Shown piece after piece: positions 41,242 to 50,613 of a stretch of 64,000 bases of DNA. The notes beneath the pieces were generated by a model. It saw nothing but the letters and a program-made list of their open reading frames with translations. It was not told the DNA's origin and ran no database searches. The stretch comes from Paramoeba atlantica (lineage: Eukaryota > Protista > Discosea): NCBI GenBank assembly GCA_977017575.1, contig CDRNVI010000015.1, positions 434,001 to 498,000 on the forward strand, read 5' to 3'. Position numbers and translations under genes: made by a program. The stretch's first letter is position 1. Each line of letters begins with the position of its first letter.

Positions 41242-41703
41242 AATCAACGTTTTGCTGTTAGCATGAGTAGTGTGTAAAACCTACGTAATTTCCATAATCT
41301 CTGAGCTTTTTCTGTCCGTTTCATGCGCTTAGAGCTCGAGTTGTGGTTCGGCATCTTATACTGAATAACCTTATTGGATTCTTGCCAAAGCTTTTTTAGC
41401 GTTCCCTTGTAATGAAGGAACTGATTACGGGGGAACTTTAATGCGGGAAATTAAATGGCTACGGGGGAAAGTTTTTTATATCCAAGTGCAACGTCAAAAA
41501 AATGATTATCTTGAAGTCAAATGGAACTGTTAACTGAGGTGTATGGGACCGATTGTAATTTCTTTTGACAAATATTGCAGCTTTATGGTAAATAAAGTTT
41601 ACCAGTGTGTACATTTTTGTCTAAAACAGCTTTCCGATGTTTTTGACTCATCTTTTTCTGTTATTTTCAACTTATTTCAAATTTCATATAATCACTAGAT
41701 ATT

Positions 41704-42504
41704 ATGCTTCATCGCTGTGTCTCGTGGAGAATCAAAATTCATCGACGAAAAACAATTCAATTCAAAGGAGTTAGAAAAGCAGCTAAGCGAGAGCATCTAA
41801 ATTCCAATCCTTACATTGCTCTAGGAAACCATTACGAAACAAGCGTATGCACGGGTCATGAGCTGGAGGCGTTTCAAAATTTTACTACCTACGCTTTTAC
41901 TGAAGAAAATTCGCCTCTCATTCTTCACACGCGAAATTTAAGCGATTTGCCTCCCAATGAACGGCTTGAGGCCATACTTGACTTGATGCAGAAAAAGTGG
42001 AAAGGTCGTGATTATGTTAACTCTGTCGAAAAACTCCGTTTATGTACTCGTGCCGTACAATGTTTTGAGGATCTTTGTCGGATGCATAGCGCAATGCTCT
42101 GTGACTATGGAGAAGACTACCGCACACGTTTTGCTGATATTGTGGAGAGTATATGCGTTCTTGTACAACGCGTGCGAAACGATTTTCCCGAAGCCCCGGC
42201 AGCTCTTCTCTACACTGCGAAAGTATGTGAACTTATCGGCGAGGAATCCCTAGAGTCGCAGTGCTTTCGTACCGCTGAGTCTTCTATTAAAAGTCTTGAT
42301 GAACCTATTACCCCATCAAAGCTTTTTGGTCAAAACTTTCCTGGAATGAATAAAATATCAGATTCTTCCAAAGCGTTTGTTCCTAAGTCTTATTCCAAAC
42401 CATCTGGAGCATATGACACCACGCAAAATACGAAGGTACCGCAAAAAGCGTTATCACTTTTTGATCCTTCTTGCACAGTGCACGAAGAATTTGATTTAAG
42501 ATAG
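41704..42504 (+). CDS. Hypothetical protein, probably mitochondrial
   Basis: 266-aa ATG ORF with basic N-terminus. Confidence 0.7.
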   Translation: MLHRCVSWRIKIHRRKTIQFKGVRKAAKREHLNSNPYIALGNHYETSVCTGHELEAFQNFTTYAFTEENSPLILHTRNLSDLPPNERLEAILDLMQKKWKGRDYVNSVEKLRLCTRAVQCFEDLCRMHSAMLCDYGEDYRTRFADIVESICVLVQRVRNDFPEAPAALLYTAKVCELIGEESLESQCFRTAESSIKSLDEPITPSKLFGQNFPGMNKISDSSKAFVPKSYSKPSGAYDTTQNTKVPQKALSLFDPSCTVHEEFDLR

Positions 42505-42793
42505 GTACGCATGGGGATATGGGTTGGTGTGAGAGCACCAAAATTCTACAGGTAGCAGCTCACATGTGCATTGGTAAATCTTTTAGTTTTTCTGCTTAAT
42601 ACAGTAGGCATTAAGCGGTTTGAACACTTGAATATTCTCGCTTGCTTAGTCTTTGTATTCTTATCATTTTGTAAATATTTTGTAGTTTATTACTTATAAT
42701 TTTCTATCATTACTACTGCAAATGTGGCTAAAATTTAAGTGAAGCGCGAGAAACCTCCATTCCTGACGCGCATCAATTATCTGTTTTTAGATT

Positions 42794-43789
42794 ATGAAAC
42801 GAAAATTTGTTTCCCTAGGTGGATGGTGTGGGCCTGCATTGATTTTGGGAAAGCTTGGAGTACGAACGGAGGCTTACCCGTTCGACTTTTCTCGCGTCAC
42901 ACTTGATGGTGTGTTAAATTTTCTGACCAATGGTTTTAATGAGGGATTCTTTCCTTTGGGTCCTCCATACCGTCCAGAGTGCGTCGGACCTTGGGTTCTC
43001 TTTCGCTCTCAACACTGCGCATTTGCTCACTTTGACCTAAACGACCCCTCCGTTCTTTCCGGTTTCCAACGGAAGTTTGACCGCTTCAACGCGTTGGTCG
43101 ATGGCAAAGACTCCAGTGTCACTTTTCTGCGAACCGTTACTGCACGGCATCCATTAGAGGAGATTTCCCTAATTCCGAAACTTGAAACTATAATTAAGAA
43201 AAGAAATCCACATCTGGACTACCGTGTTGTTCTTATTGTACACGATCAACCCGGGATGAGCACCACACAACATACCCCCTTGAGCGATCGATGTAGCCTT
43301 TGGTCTTTGCGCTACGACAAGTCAGCTCCCGACGCAAGTCTCTTTGATAAAACCTGTGCTGGATACGAACATATTGTTCGTGTCAGCGAAAAGCAAGAAA
43401 GCTGGCCGCCTTGTCAGGAGCCCAATGTGCCGAGTGAGTCCCAATGGTATCCCCACAACAATCTTGCACTGATTGATGGTATCGCAAGTGTGGGAGGGAC
43501 CTGTGTAGGGGTGGGAAGTACCAAGCAGCACTCAGATGGAAAATGTCACTATTGTGGTGACATGACTTCACATAGCTCTAAACATCCCTGGTTGCAGCCC
43601 TCCAGAGCGTTCACCGTGGAGGAAGATGAAATTATTCTTCCCCATTTGTATCGTATTGTGGCAGGAGAGGATCGAGTAGAAGTTGTGGAGACGCTTGCCA
43701 ATCAGCTACACCGTACTGCTTGGGAGATTATTTCTCGAATTCAATTTCTTACGAATTCAAGCTCAAAAATTACCGATGGTTTGATGTAA
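42794..43789 (+). CDS. DUF1796 (putative papain-like peptidase) protein with C-terminal Myb-like helix-turn-helix
   Basis: SLGGWCGPALILGKLGVRTEAYPFDF and FAHFD; C-terminus AFTVEEDEII...LANQLHRTAWEIISRIQFL. Confidence 0.7.
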   Translation: MKRKFVSLGGWCGPALILGKLGVRTEAYPFDFSRVTLDGVLNFLTNGFNEGFFPLGPPYRPECVGPWVLFRSQHCAFAHFDLNDPSVLSGFQRKFDRFNALVDGKDSSVTFLRTVTARHPLEEISLIPKLETIIKKRNPHLDYRVVLIVHDQPGMSTTQHTPLSDRCSLWSLRYDKSAPDASLFDKTCAGYEHIVRVSEKQESWPPCQEPNVPSESQWYPHNNLALIDGIASVGGTCVGVGSTKQHSDGKCHYCGDMTSHSSKHPWLQPSRAFTVEEDEIILPHLYRIVAGEDRVEVVETLANQLHRTAWEIISRIQFLTNSSSKITDGLM

Positions 43790-43915
43790 GTGTTTTACAT
43801 TGTATATTCTTTTTGATTTGTTTTTTTATAAATGAGTAGTAAAAAGAGCACATATTTTATCTAAATTGTCTTTCTAGGGACTCGTCGTCATTTTGTAGAT
43901 TAGACTTCATTTTCG

Positions 43916-45295
43916 ATGCGAGGCATCGGCTGTACAATTTTTAGCAATTTCTTCACCGCGCTTACCCTTTTTTTCACGCTTCTTTTGAAGAGGTCCATTC
44001 CCGGTATTAGGTCTTCTGTACACCACGTTTCTCTAGCATCGATACACGCCTTAGTGGACTCCAATATCCACCTTGGTTTCGTAAGAAAGACCCATGATCC
44101 CATTGCACCCTCTTCTTCCCCCATTTCCTTGAGTTCCAATCCCTTTGGCGGGTTCGGACCGCACGATCTCATCGACTTTAACGGTATCCTCTCTGATCGC
44201 CTCGAGCCAACGTCCCCATCTGATTCCACAAAACCCCCATCAACCTCTCCAAGCTTTTCCTTTTCGGGAGGTCTCACCAACGCGTTCTGCATAAGCGGGC
44301 CACTAGCCGGCGACGACTGGTCGGCCAATTTCACGGCTGCCACAACGGCCGTGGGGACGCAATTCTCCGATCTGTTCACTCGCATGCACTCCATGGCTGA
44401 GATCCTCCGACGTGTCGTGCAGGCTGAGATCACCGCGATGCACGGGGAGCGTAACGAGACCTACGTGGGGTACGAGCCCCTGGTGGCTCGCATGCTTGCC
44501 GCCTTCGCACAGCTTTCCTATTGTGACCTGTCCCGTCTGAACCGGCTCGTGGCCAATCCCATGGACGGGGTTGACTTCTCCCACCTCTCGTTTGTTCGGT
44601 CGTGGGAGTGGTCCGCGGCGGGGATGGGGGCGTATGTCGCGCTGGAGCAGCTCCACGATCAGGTTCATCACCGGCTCGTGCTGGCGTTTCGGGGGAGTGA
44701 GAATTTTCAGAACTGGTTCACCAACCTTAACGTTTTCTTTACGACGTTGGAGGCCTGCGATGGGTGCAGAGTGCACGCTGGGTTTCAAAATATGTGGGAT
44801 CAAATACGAAAGGATGTGATTGGGGCACTGAATGATATTCTGGATGAGGAGAACATTCGAGAGTTTCTAATAACCGGGCACAGCTTGGGAGGTGCGATAG
44901 CCGTACTCGCGAGTCTAGATTTGGTTCACATGTGGGATAGAAAGGCAAAGCCACGGTCGGGGTTCCGCGTGTATACCTTTGGTCAACCCCGTGTGGGCAA
45001 CATGCCTTTCGCGAGACATTGTAAGGAGGAATTGTCAGGCCGTGCTTTTCGCGTCACAAGGGAAGGAGATCCAATTGTTCGACTCCCTGGGCAATCACTG
45101 GGTTACCACCACGCTCCGCATGAGGTATACTACGACAGCACTGGCCAACGTTACGAAAGCAACGATCTTCAGCGTGACGAAGAGGAGGAAGAAGGGCTCG
45201 GATTGAGTAACCCGTACTTTAACCCACTCAAATACGACCCTATTGGTAGTCATGTGAATTACTTTGGGCTTCAGATTTCTCAATGTGTCACTTAG
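43916..45295 (+). CDS. Class 3 lipase
   Basis: VLAFRGSE, VHAGFQ, ITGHSLGGAIA (GxSxG), YTFGQPRVGN, RVTREGDPIVRLP, HVNYFG. Confidence 0.93.
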   Translation: MRGIGCTIFSNFFTALTLFFTLLLKRSIPGIRSSVHHVSLASIHALVDSNIHLGFVRKTHDPIAPSSSPISLSSNPFGGFGPHDLIDFNGILSDRLEPTSPSDSTKPPSTSPSFSFSGGLTNAFCISGPLAGDDWSANFTAATTAVGTQFSDLFTRMHSMAEILRRVVQAEITAMHGERNETYVGYEPLVARMLAAFAQLSYCDLSRLNRLVANPMDGVDFSHLSFVRSWEWSAAGMGAYVALEQLHDQVHHRLVLAFRGSENFQNWFTNLNVFFTTLEACDGCRVHAGFQNMWDQIRKDVIGALNDILDEENIREFLITGHSLGGAIAVLASLDLVHMWDRKAKPRSGFRVYTFGQPRVGNMPFARHCKEELSGRAFRVTREGDPIVRLPGQSLGYHHAPHEVYYDSTGQRYESNDLQRDEEEEEGLGLSNPYFNPLKYDPIGSHVNYFGLQISQCVT

Positions 45296-45681
45296 AGTAT
45301 TCCGTTATTTTGGTTGATCGTGTATGGCACACATCTCATTTTTTGGAGCCGGTCAGAGACTGGTCTTTGCTTGCTTTTCTTTTTTTTAGAGCCGTTAGAG
45401 TCTAGCGGTTAGACGATTAGATTGGGCATCTGCATAATTTACTGCAATCAGTTTAATCAGATCAACGATTTGTCACACCTTTCTCGTGATACAAAGTCGC
45501 TGTCAAATGCGACAAAGCTATTTAGGATCCCATTTTCACTACTTTCTATTTGTTAAATAGGCGGGGACATATTTTTTTTATTCTTCCTATTCATGAAAGT
45601 AAATAGTGACGTCCTAAAGCGACCCAAATAGTGCTGACCTAAAGCTAAGTAGTCTACACTTGTTTTAGCTGGAGTTGGAAC

Positions 45682-47433
45682 ATGGTGCACTTTAGAGATA
45701 CTTTTACGGAGGAGGTCTTGGAAGAAGTACGCGAAAAGCGCGAAAAAGTCTCAAGTTTATCTGTGGACGAGTTTTGCGAAATGCATCGCATACAGTTACG
45801 CTCTTCTCATCCTTTCTTTTATCCTCCACTGCATCATGAATCGTACTCTTCGTTAAACATGCCGGCATTCCTTTGTGGCGACTTTTCGAAGCAACTGACA
45901 TCTGACGAAGTAGGAACTGATCACGCTCCTAGTTTCTCAGAGAGTGCGATCTGGCCGTTGATTCTTACAGGGTCCAGTCTAGCGATCATTGCTGATCATA
46001 GATTTGATCCTCAAATTATTTTTCCACCTACTGTCCTTCATGTGCTAAGTCAACCTCTTGTAGAGCACGGGGAAAGTCCCAGAGTGGTGTACTTTGTCTC
46101 GACATGTGCTCGTGTTGAACCCGTTGTTTATAACCTACGTCGGCTCGGTGAAGCCAGTAAGGTAACCGTGCAGGGAATAAGCTCGCTGTCGTCAGACATA
46201 TTCACCGAGGATCATCGGTGTCCTGATATCATTGTGGGTACCCCGGGCCTTTTGAAATATTTTCAAAGCGAGCTTTGTGAGATGAATCGCATTTCCTTGG
46301 TAATCATAGAGAATTTTAACTATCATGTGTCAATCGGGCATCTAGAAGAATACATTACCTCGGTTGTACAGAAAAGATGCGCATCAGATGCTCAAGTTGT
46401 TGCTATTGACAACTTGGATAACGTGGATTTGCAATTTATTCCAAGGTTTAAGAAGCGCGAATCAAAAACAAATTATTTTCTACCGGAACAAGCATTCGCG
46501 GAGTTCTTTGGGTCCTTTCCTTTCATTGAAGTTCGCTTTAGTGAGCAAAATCATATCATAGAAAGCAAATCAACGGATCACAATAGCGCGAAAGGCGAAA
46601 AATCTGCTATTGGCTCCATTTCAGTTTCGAAGTCTGGCGATGCAAAAAGTGGATATCTTAAGCATTATTCGAAGCATCCTAGTCGCTTTCTTGTTCTAAC
46701 AAACTTGGTATCACCGGGCTTTCAACCTCTTGCCTTAGATCTAGGCTTGCAGTGCTCAACTGCACTATTTTATCGGTTTCTAATTCAGGGAAACAACGAA
46801 ATTAAAAGTCTTGTTCTTGACGTTAAAAATTTGGATAAATGTAAACGAAGTTCTAAGGCCTCATCCGCAGATGCTGCTTCATTCCTGTTTGCTTGCATTA
46901 TAGATTTTGGAAACTATAACACGGATTCTGCACTTGTTTCTTACCGGCGTCTGCATGGCAGTCTGTATAACAATCGCGTAGTTTCTGCATACTTTGCCAG
47001 TATTGAAGATGAAATATATGGACCTCAAGGTGCTCATGATCAATCTTCTACACGACATCTTAACTCAATAAATTTGCTCAACGGGACGGATTTATTTAAT
47101 CTTCCCTATCTTTATCCTCACAGGGTAGTTCGTGTACAATTTAAAAATGAAGGTCGGCATGTATCAGCTTCTTTCCAACATGAAATCACTCGAGAACTTG
47201 AGATTTACGGTAAGATAAGAAAGGTACTCTTTTTAAAAACAACAACAGACTCTTTCGCACAAAGTGCAGAATCAGGTACGGGATATGTTTTAGTCGAATA
47301 TCAATCCATACTCTCTGCGCATGAGAGCATACGATGCATAAATGGGAATGTGAACACGAGTTCACTTATTCGGTCGACTTTGTATGACCACCAACGATAC
47401 CTTCGAGGTGATCTAAGCGCAAGTGATAAGTAG
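45682..47433 (+). CDS. Degenerate DEAD-box-like N-terminus fused to two UHM/RRM-like domains
   Basis: IWPLILTG, IIVGTPGLL and LVIIENFN (motif II lost); C-terminal LHGSLYNNRVVSAYF and EITRELEIYGKI...GYVLVEY...INGN. Confidence 0.7.
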   Translation: MVHFRDTFTEEVLEEVREKREKVSSLSVDEFCEMHRIQLRSSHPFFYPPLHHESYSSLNMPAFLCGDFSKQLTSDEVGTDHAPSFSESAIWPLILTGSSLAIIADHRFDPQIIFPPTVLHVLSQPLVEHGESPRVVYFVSTCARVEPVVYNLRRLGEASKVTVQGISSLSSDIFTEDHRCPDIIVGTPGLLKYFQSELCEMNRISLVIIENFNYHVSIGHLEEYITSVVQKRCASDAQVVAIDNLDNVDLQFIPRFKKRESKTNYFLPEQAFAEFFGSFPFIEVRFSEQNHIIESKSTDHNSAKGEKSAIGSISVSKSGDAKSGYLKHYSKHPSRFLVLTNLVSPGFQPLALDLGLQCSTALFYRFLIQGNNEIKSLVLDVKNLDKCKRSSKASSADAASFLFACIIDFGNYNTDSALVSYRRLHGSLYNNRVVSAYFASIEDEIYGPQGAHDQSSTRHLNSINLLNGTDLFNLPYLYPHRVVRVQFKNEGRHVSASFQHEITRELEIYGKIRKVLFLKTTTDSFAQSAESGTGYVLVEYQSILSAHESIRCINGNVNTSSLIRSTLYDHQRYLRGDLSASDK

Positions 47434-47491
47434 GAAACTATACCTCTGAGGTTTTTCAGAGGCTATTACATTGTAAAGAAATTTAGGATTA

Positions 47492-48225
47492 ATGCCATCG
47501 AAAATGTACCCCAAAATCGATTTTTTTGATTTTTTTATAGTTTTCATTCTATCATTCATTTCTTCACCCCAGATTCATATTCTGGTGCCTTTGCAACGTT
47601 TTTTCACCCATTTTTACATGCTTTCGCTTACCTAGTTTATCGTCAATACCTAAGTTCCGACGTCAAAAAAGTTTCTTTTTTCGGAATTTCTTCGGTTTCG
47701 CTCACTCTTACTTCGTTCTTAAGAACGAAGTACTGGTGTTTGCAGCAATTGCTTCAGTCTTCCCTCTGGGCAAGTGCATGTACTCGGTCTTCCGCCCTAT
47801 GTTTCTCCTCGCACCATGTACTGACATATCCCTTCCTGTATATCCGTCTGAAACGTCGCTATCGTGCTTTTGAAAGAGAATAGAAGTACATTGTGCGATG
47901 AGAAACTGATCGACCATACGCAATCTACATAGAGGGAAAGCACGACTAAGTGCACTTGCCCTGATGGAAGGCGAGGCAATCACTGCAAGCACCAGTACTT
48001 CATTCTTATGAACGAAGTAAGAGTGAACGAACCCGATGAAATTCCAAAAAAAATAGGCTTTTTTAACACCGGATGTTATGCTTTGAGGATAAACTTGGTA
48101 AGAAGAAGTACGTAAAAATCAGTGAAAAAACGTTGCAAGGGCACCCCAATATGAATCTGGGGTGAAGAATTGAAAACTATAAAAAACTTAAAAAAATCGA
48201 TTTTAGGGTACATTTTCGATGGCAT
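47492..48225. mobile_element. Foldback/MITE with ~260-bp inverted arms
   Basis: Arms 47492-~47757 and ~47972-48225, beginning ATGCCATCGAAAATGTACCC. Confidence 0.8.
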
Positions 48226-48418
48226 CGAGCCGAATTTTATATTCCTAATAAATGGACATAACAATTTCTTATAAAACAAAATTTAATAGCTTTTTGAGAC
48301 ACAATAGTAAAGTTTGTTGTATCAATTTGAAACGTTTTATAGATTATTGATGAAAACGTGTTCGTACTACGCGTACATTAATAGCAAGGGGTGTACAAAA
48401 ATATACTAGTTGTGTCGC

Positions 48419-49192
48419 ATGCTGAGAGGCATCACATCCTCGTGGCAGGAAGCACTGCATGTGATGAATCACATGCTCCCTCTTCCTCGCAGCCTCGCTT
48501 CCGGATTGCTTTCGAAAGATTTATATCATCTGACTACGCTTTTATTACAAGCTAAGAAATACGACCTCTTTGCTTCGTTCCGCCAGGAGTATTTATCTCG
48601 CGATGGGGATAAACTTAACAAGTACGATGCTCGCTTGGGTTGCCTTGAAATGATTCGAGCTAGTGGTGATGTTGGTCGCGCGTACCCCGAGGCGCTACAA
48701 ATCTTTGCAGAGATGACACTATGTGGACTTTCTATTGACAGTGGTATTTACGATATCCTTTTGCGCGCATGTCAGAGAAATCATCTTTGGGAAGTCTCTT
48801 GTGGCCTCTACGTCGATATTCTACATAGCGGAGACGTGCATAGGCCAAAGCATTTTTCCATCTTAGCTACCACGCTGAGTAAGGTAGGCAAATGGGAACT
48901 TGTTCTTCATGCGGTTTCTGAAAGTGCGAAGCAACGCATGGACCACCATTTGGATGATGTCTGTCTTGGACAAATTCTACAGTGTACTGCTAATTCACAT
49001 TCTGGGTGGCGGCACGCGCTGATAGCTGTACTTCCATGGGTGTTAAAACGTTGTCAGAAACCAATGTCTATGGATTTTACCAAACTGATAACTTCAACTT
49101 CTCATGCACTACACAGCTTTGTGGATCCCCAAAAGATTCTTGAATTTGCCATAGAACAGACTACGCTTAATATGAATTCACAAGTTGATTAG
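48419..49192 (+). CDS. PPR-like helical-repeat protein
   Basis: ALQIFAEMTLCGLSIDSGIYDILLRAC and similar PPR-like units. Confidence 0.65.
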   Translation: MLRGITSSWQEALHVMNHMLPLPRSLASGLLSKDLYHLTTLLLQAKKYDLFASFRQEYLSRDGDKLNKYDARLGCLEMIRASGDVGRAYPEALQIFAEMTLCGLSIDSGIYDILLRACQRNHLWEVSCGLYVDILHSGDVHRPKHFSILATTLSKVGKWELVLHAVSESAKQRMDHHLDDVCLGQILQCTANSHSGWRHALIAVLPWVLKRCQKPMSMDFTKLITSTSHALHSFVDPQKILEFAIEQTTLNMNSQVD

Positions 49193-49946
49193 GGAACTTT
49201 ACTGGGAACGTTCCTTGTGATATCTACATACAGCGACAAATGTTGTCCCTATTCTATACTATTTTCCCTTTCATAAATAATTACTAGTATAATTACTAGT
49301 AGCATCATAATTATTTATGAACGGGCGAGTAGCAGTTCCACATTTTTATGGGCCACACTGAGGCGTTTCTTGTTGGACCTTTTTTCTCAAAAAAAAACAG
49401 ATGTCGAAGGCTTGTTTCGGAGCGCTTGCGAAGGCTCATCTTTACAAGTTCAAAGATTCTGTGAGATTAAACTCTTAGTTTTCGAATACTGCTTACCCTT
49501 ACACTTCGTCAAAGTGTTACTCAAAGTCTTTGAGTAAGGAGTAAACTACTTTTATGGAATTAACTTAAGCTAAAGTTATTTAATTATCAGTTCTACCCTC
49601 TACACCTGTATGCACCTTACACCTGCATCGCATCTTTACACTTTACTGGATACTTGAACTCAATACCCATTATTTAGTTACTCCAATAAAATTACCCCAT
49701 CATCGGAACAATGGGGTTGAAATTTACATTAACATTCTAGTATATTGTTACAGGGCATATTGTTATAGGGTCCGAGAAAACTCCTTCTCCACAATGATCT
49801 TTTGTTTTGTGGCCCCAAGTGCCTCAGTATGTAGCGTAGTACAAATCCTTTCTCCAATTTCTTATGTGTTTCTATTATATCTCTATTATGTTTTTCGAAC
49901 ATTTGCTTAAATCGATTACTTACTTTCGTTATTAGATTCACGTATC

Positions 49947-50426
49947 ATGTATCAATCCCGGAAGAATACTAACATAAACAAGCACAAGTTTTATCATCCC
50001 GGAACAGCTCGAAATCAACAAAAGCTAGAAAATGCGGAGCACGATCAGCTTGAAAAACTTCGACATGATGCAGAGCGCCAAAATCATATTGAGAAAGAAA
50101 GGGCTGAAATACAATTGCTGGCAATTGTTGATCCTGAAGCTGCTAAGAAAAAAGAACTACAATGGATGTATGAAGATTGGTCGTTTTCAAAGTCTGCTGA
50201 CAATTCACTAGTATCCAACTCCTCTTTGCAAAAAAATACAACAAGCAATACTTCAAATACATCGCGCAGCACGACTTCTTCATTATCCATGCATTCTAAT
50301 CGACGCGATTTAAAGCACTCTGAAGGAGGTGCACAACGTGACATTGATCGCAAAAGTAAATTGATGGAGGATCCAATGGCGCTGATTTACGCCATGCGGG
50401 ATCGTCAAACGTACGGCTCATTTTGA
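49947..50426 (+). CDS. CWC25: CWC25/Cir_N-family splicing factor
   Basis: KHKFYHPGTARNQQK...KERAE...KKELQWMYE and MEDPM. Confidence 0.7.
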   Translation: MYQSRKNTNINKHKFYHPGTARNQQKLENAEHDQLEKLRHDAERQNHIEKERAEIQLLAIVDPEAAKKKELQWMYEDWSFSKSADNSLVSNSSLQKNTTSNTSNTSRSTTSSLSMHSNRRDLKHSEGGAQRDIDRKSKLMEDPMALIYAMRDRQTYGSF

Positions 50427-50613
50427 GGCTCACCTCACAAAATAACTTCTGCAAGTAATGTATTTTTTTGTCCTTTTACGAGGATAATACAGTATCAATA
50501 ATTATCGAGTCTTACCTACATACAAAGTAGTCCTGTAGTCTTTGCATAGTGTATTTTTATCATATATTTTTCAAACCTCAGTTTTAATAGGTGCATAGTA
50601 TGTGCACGGATCA

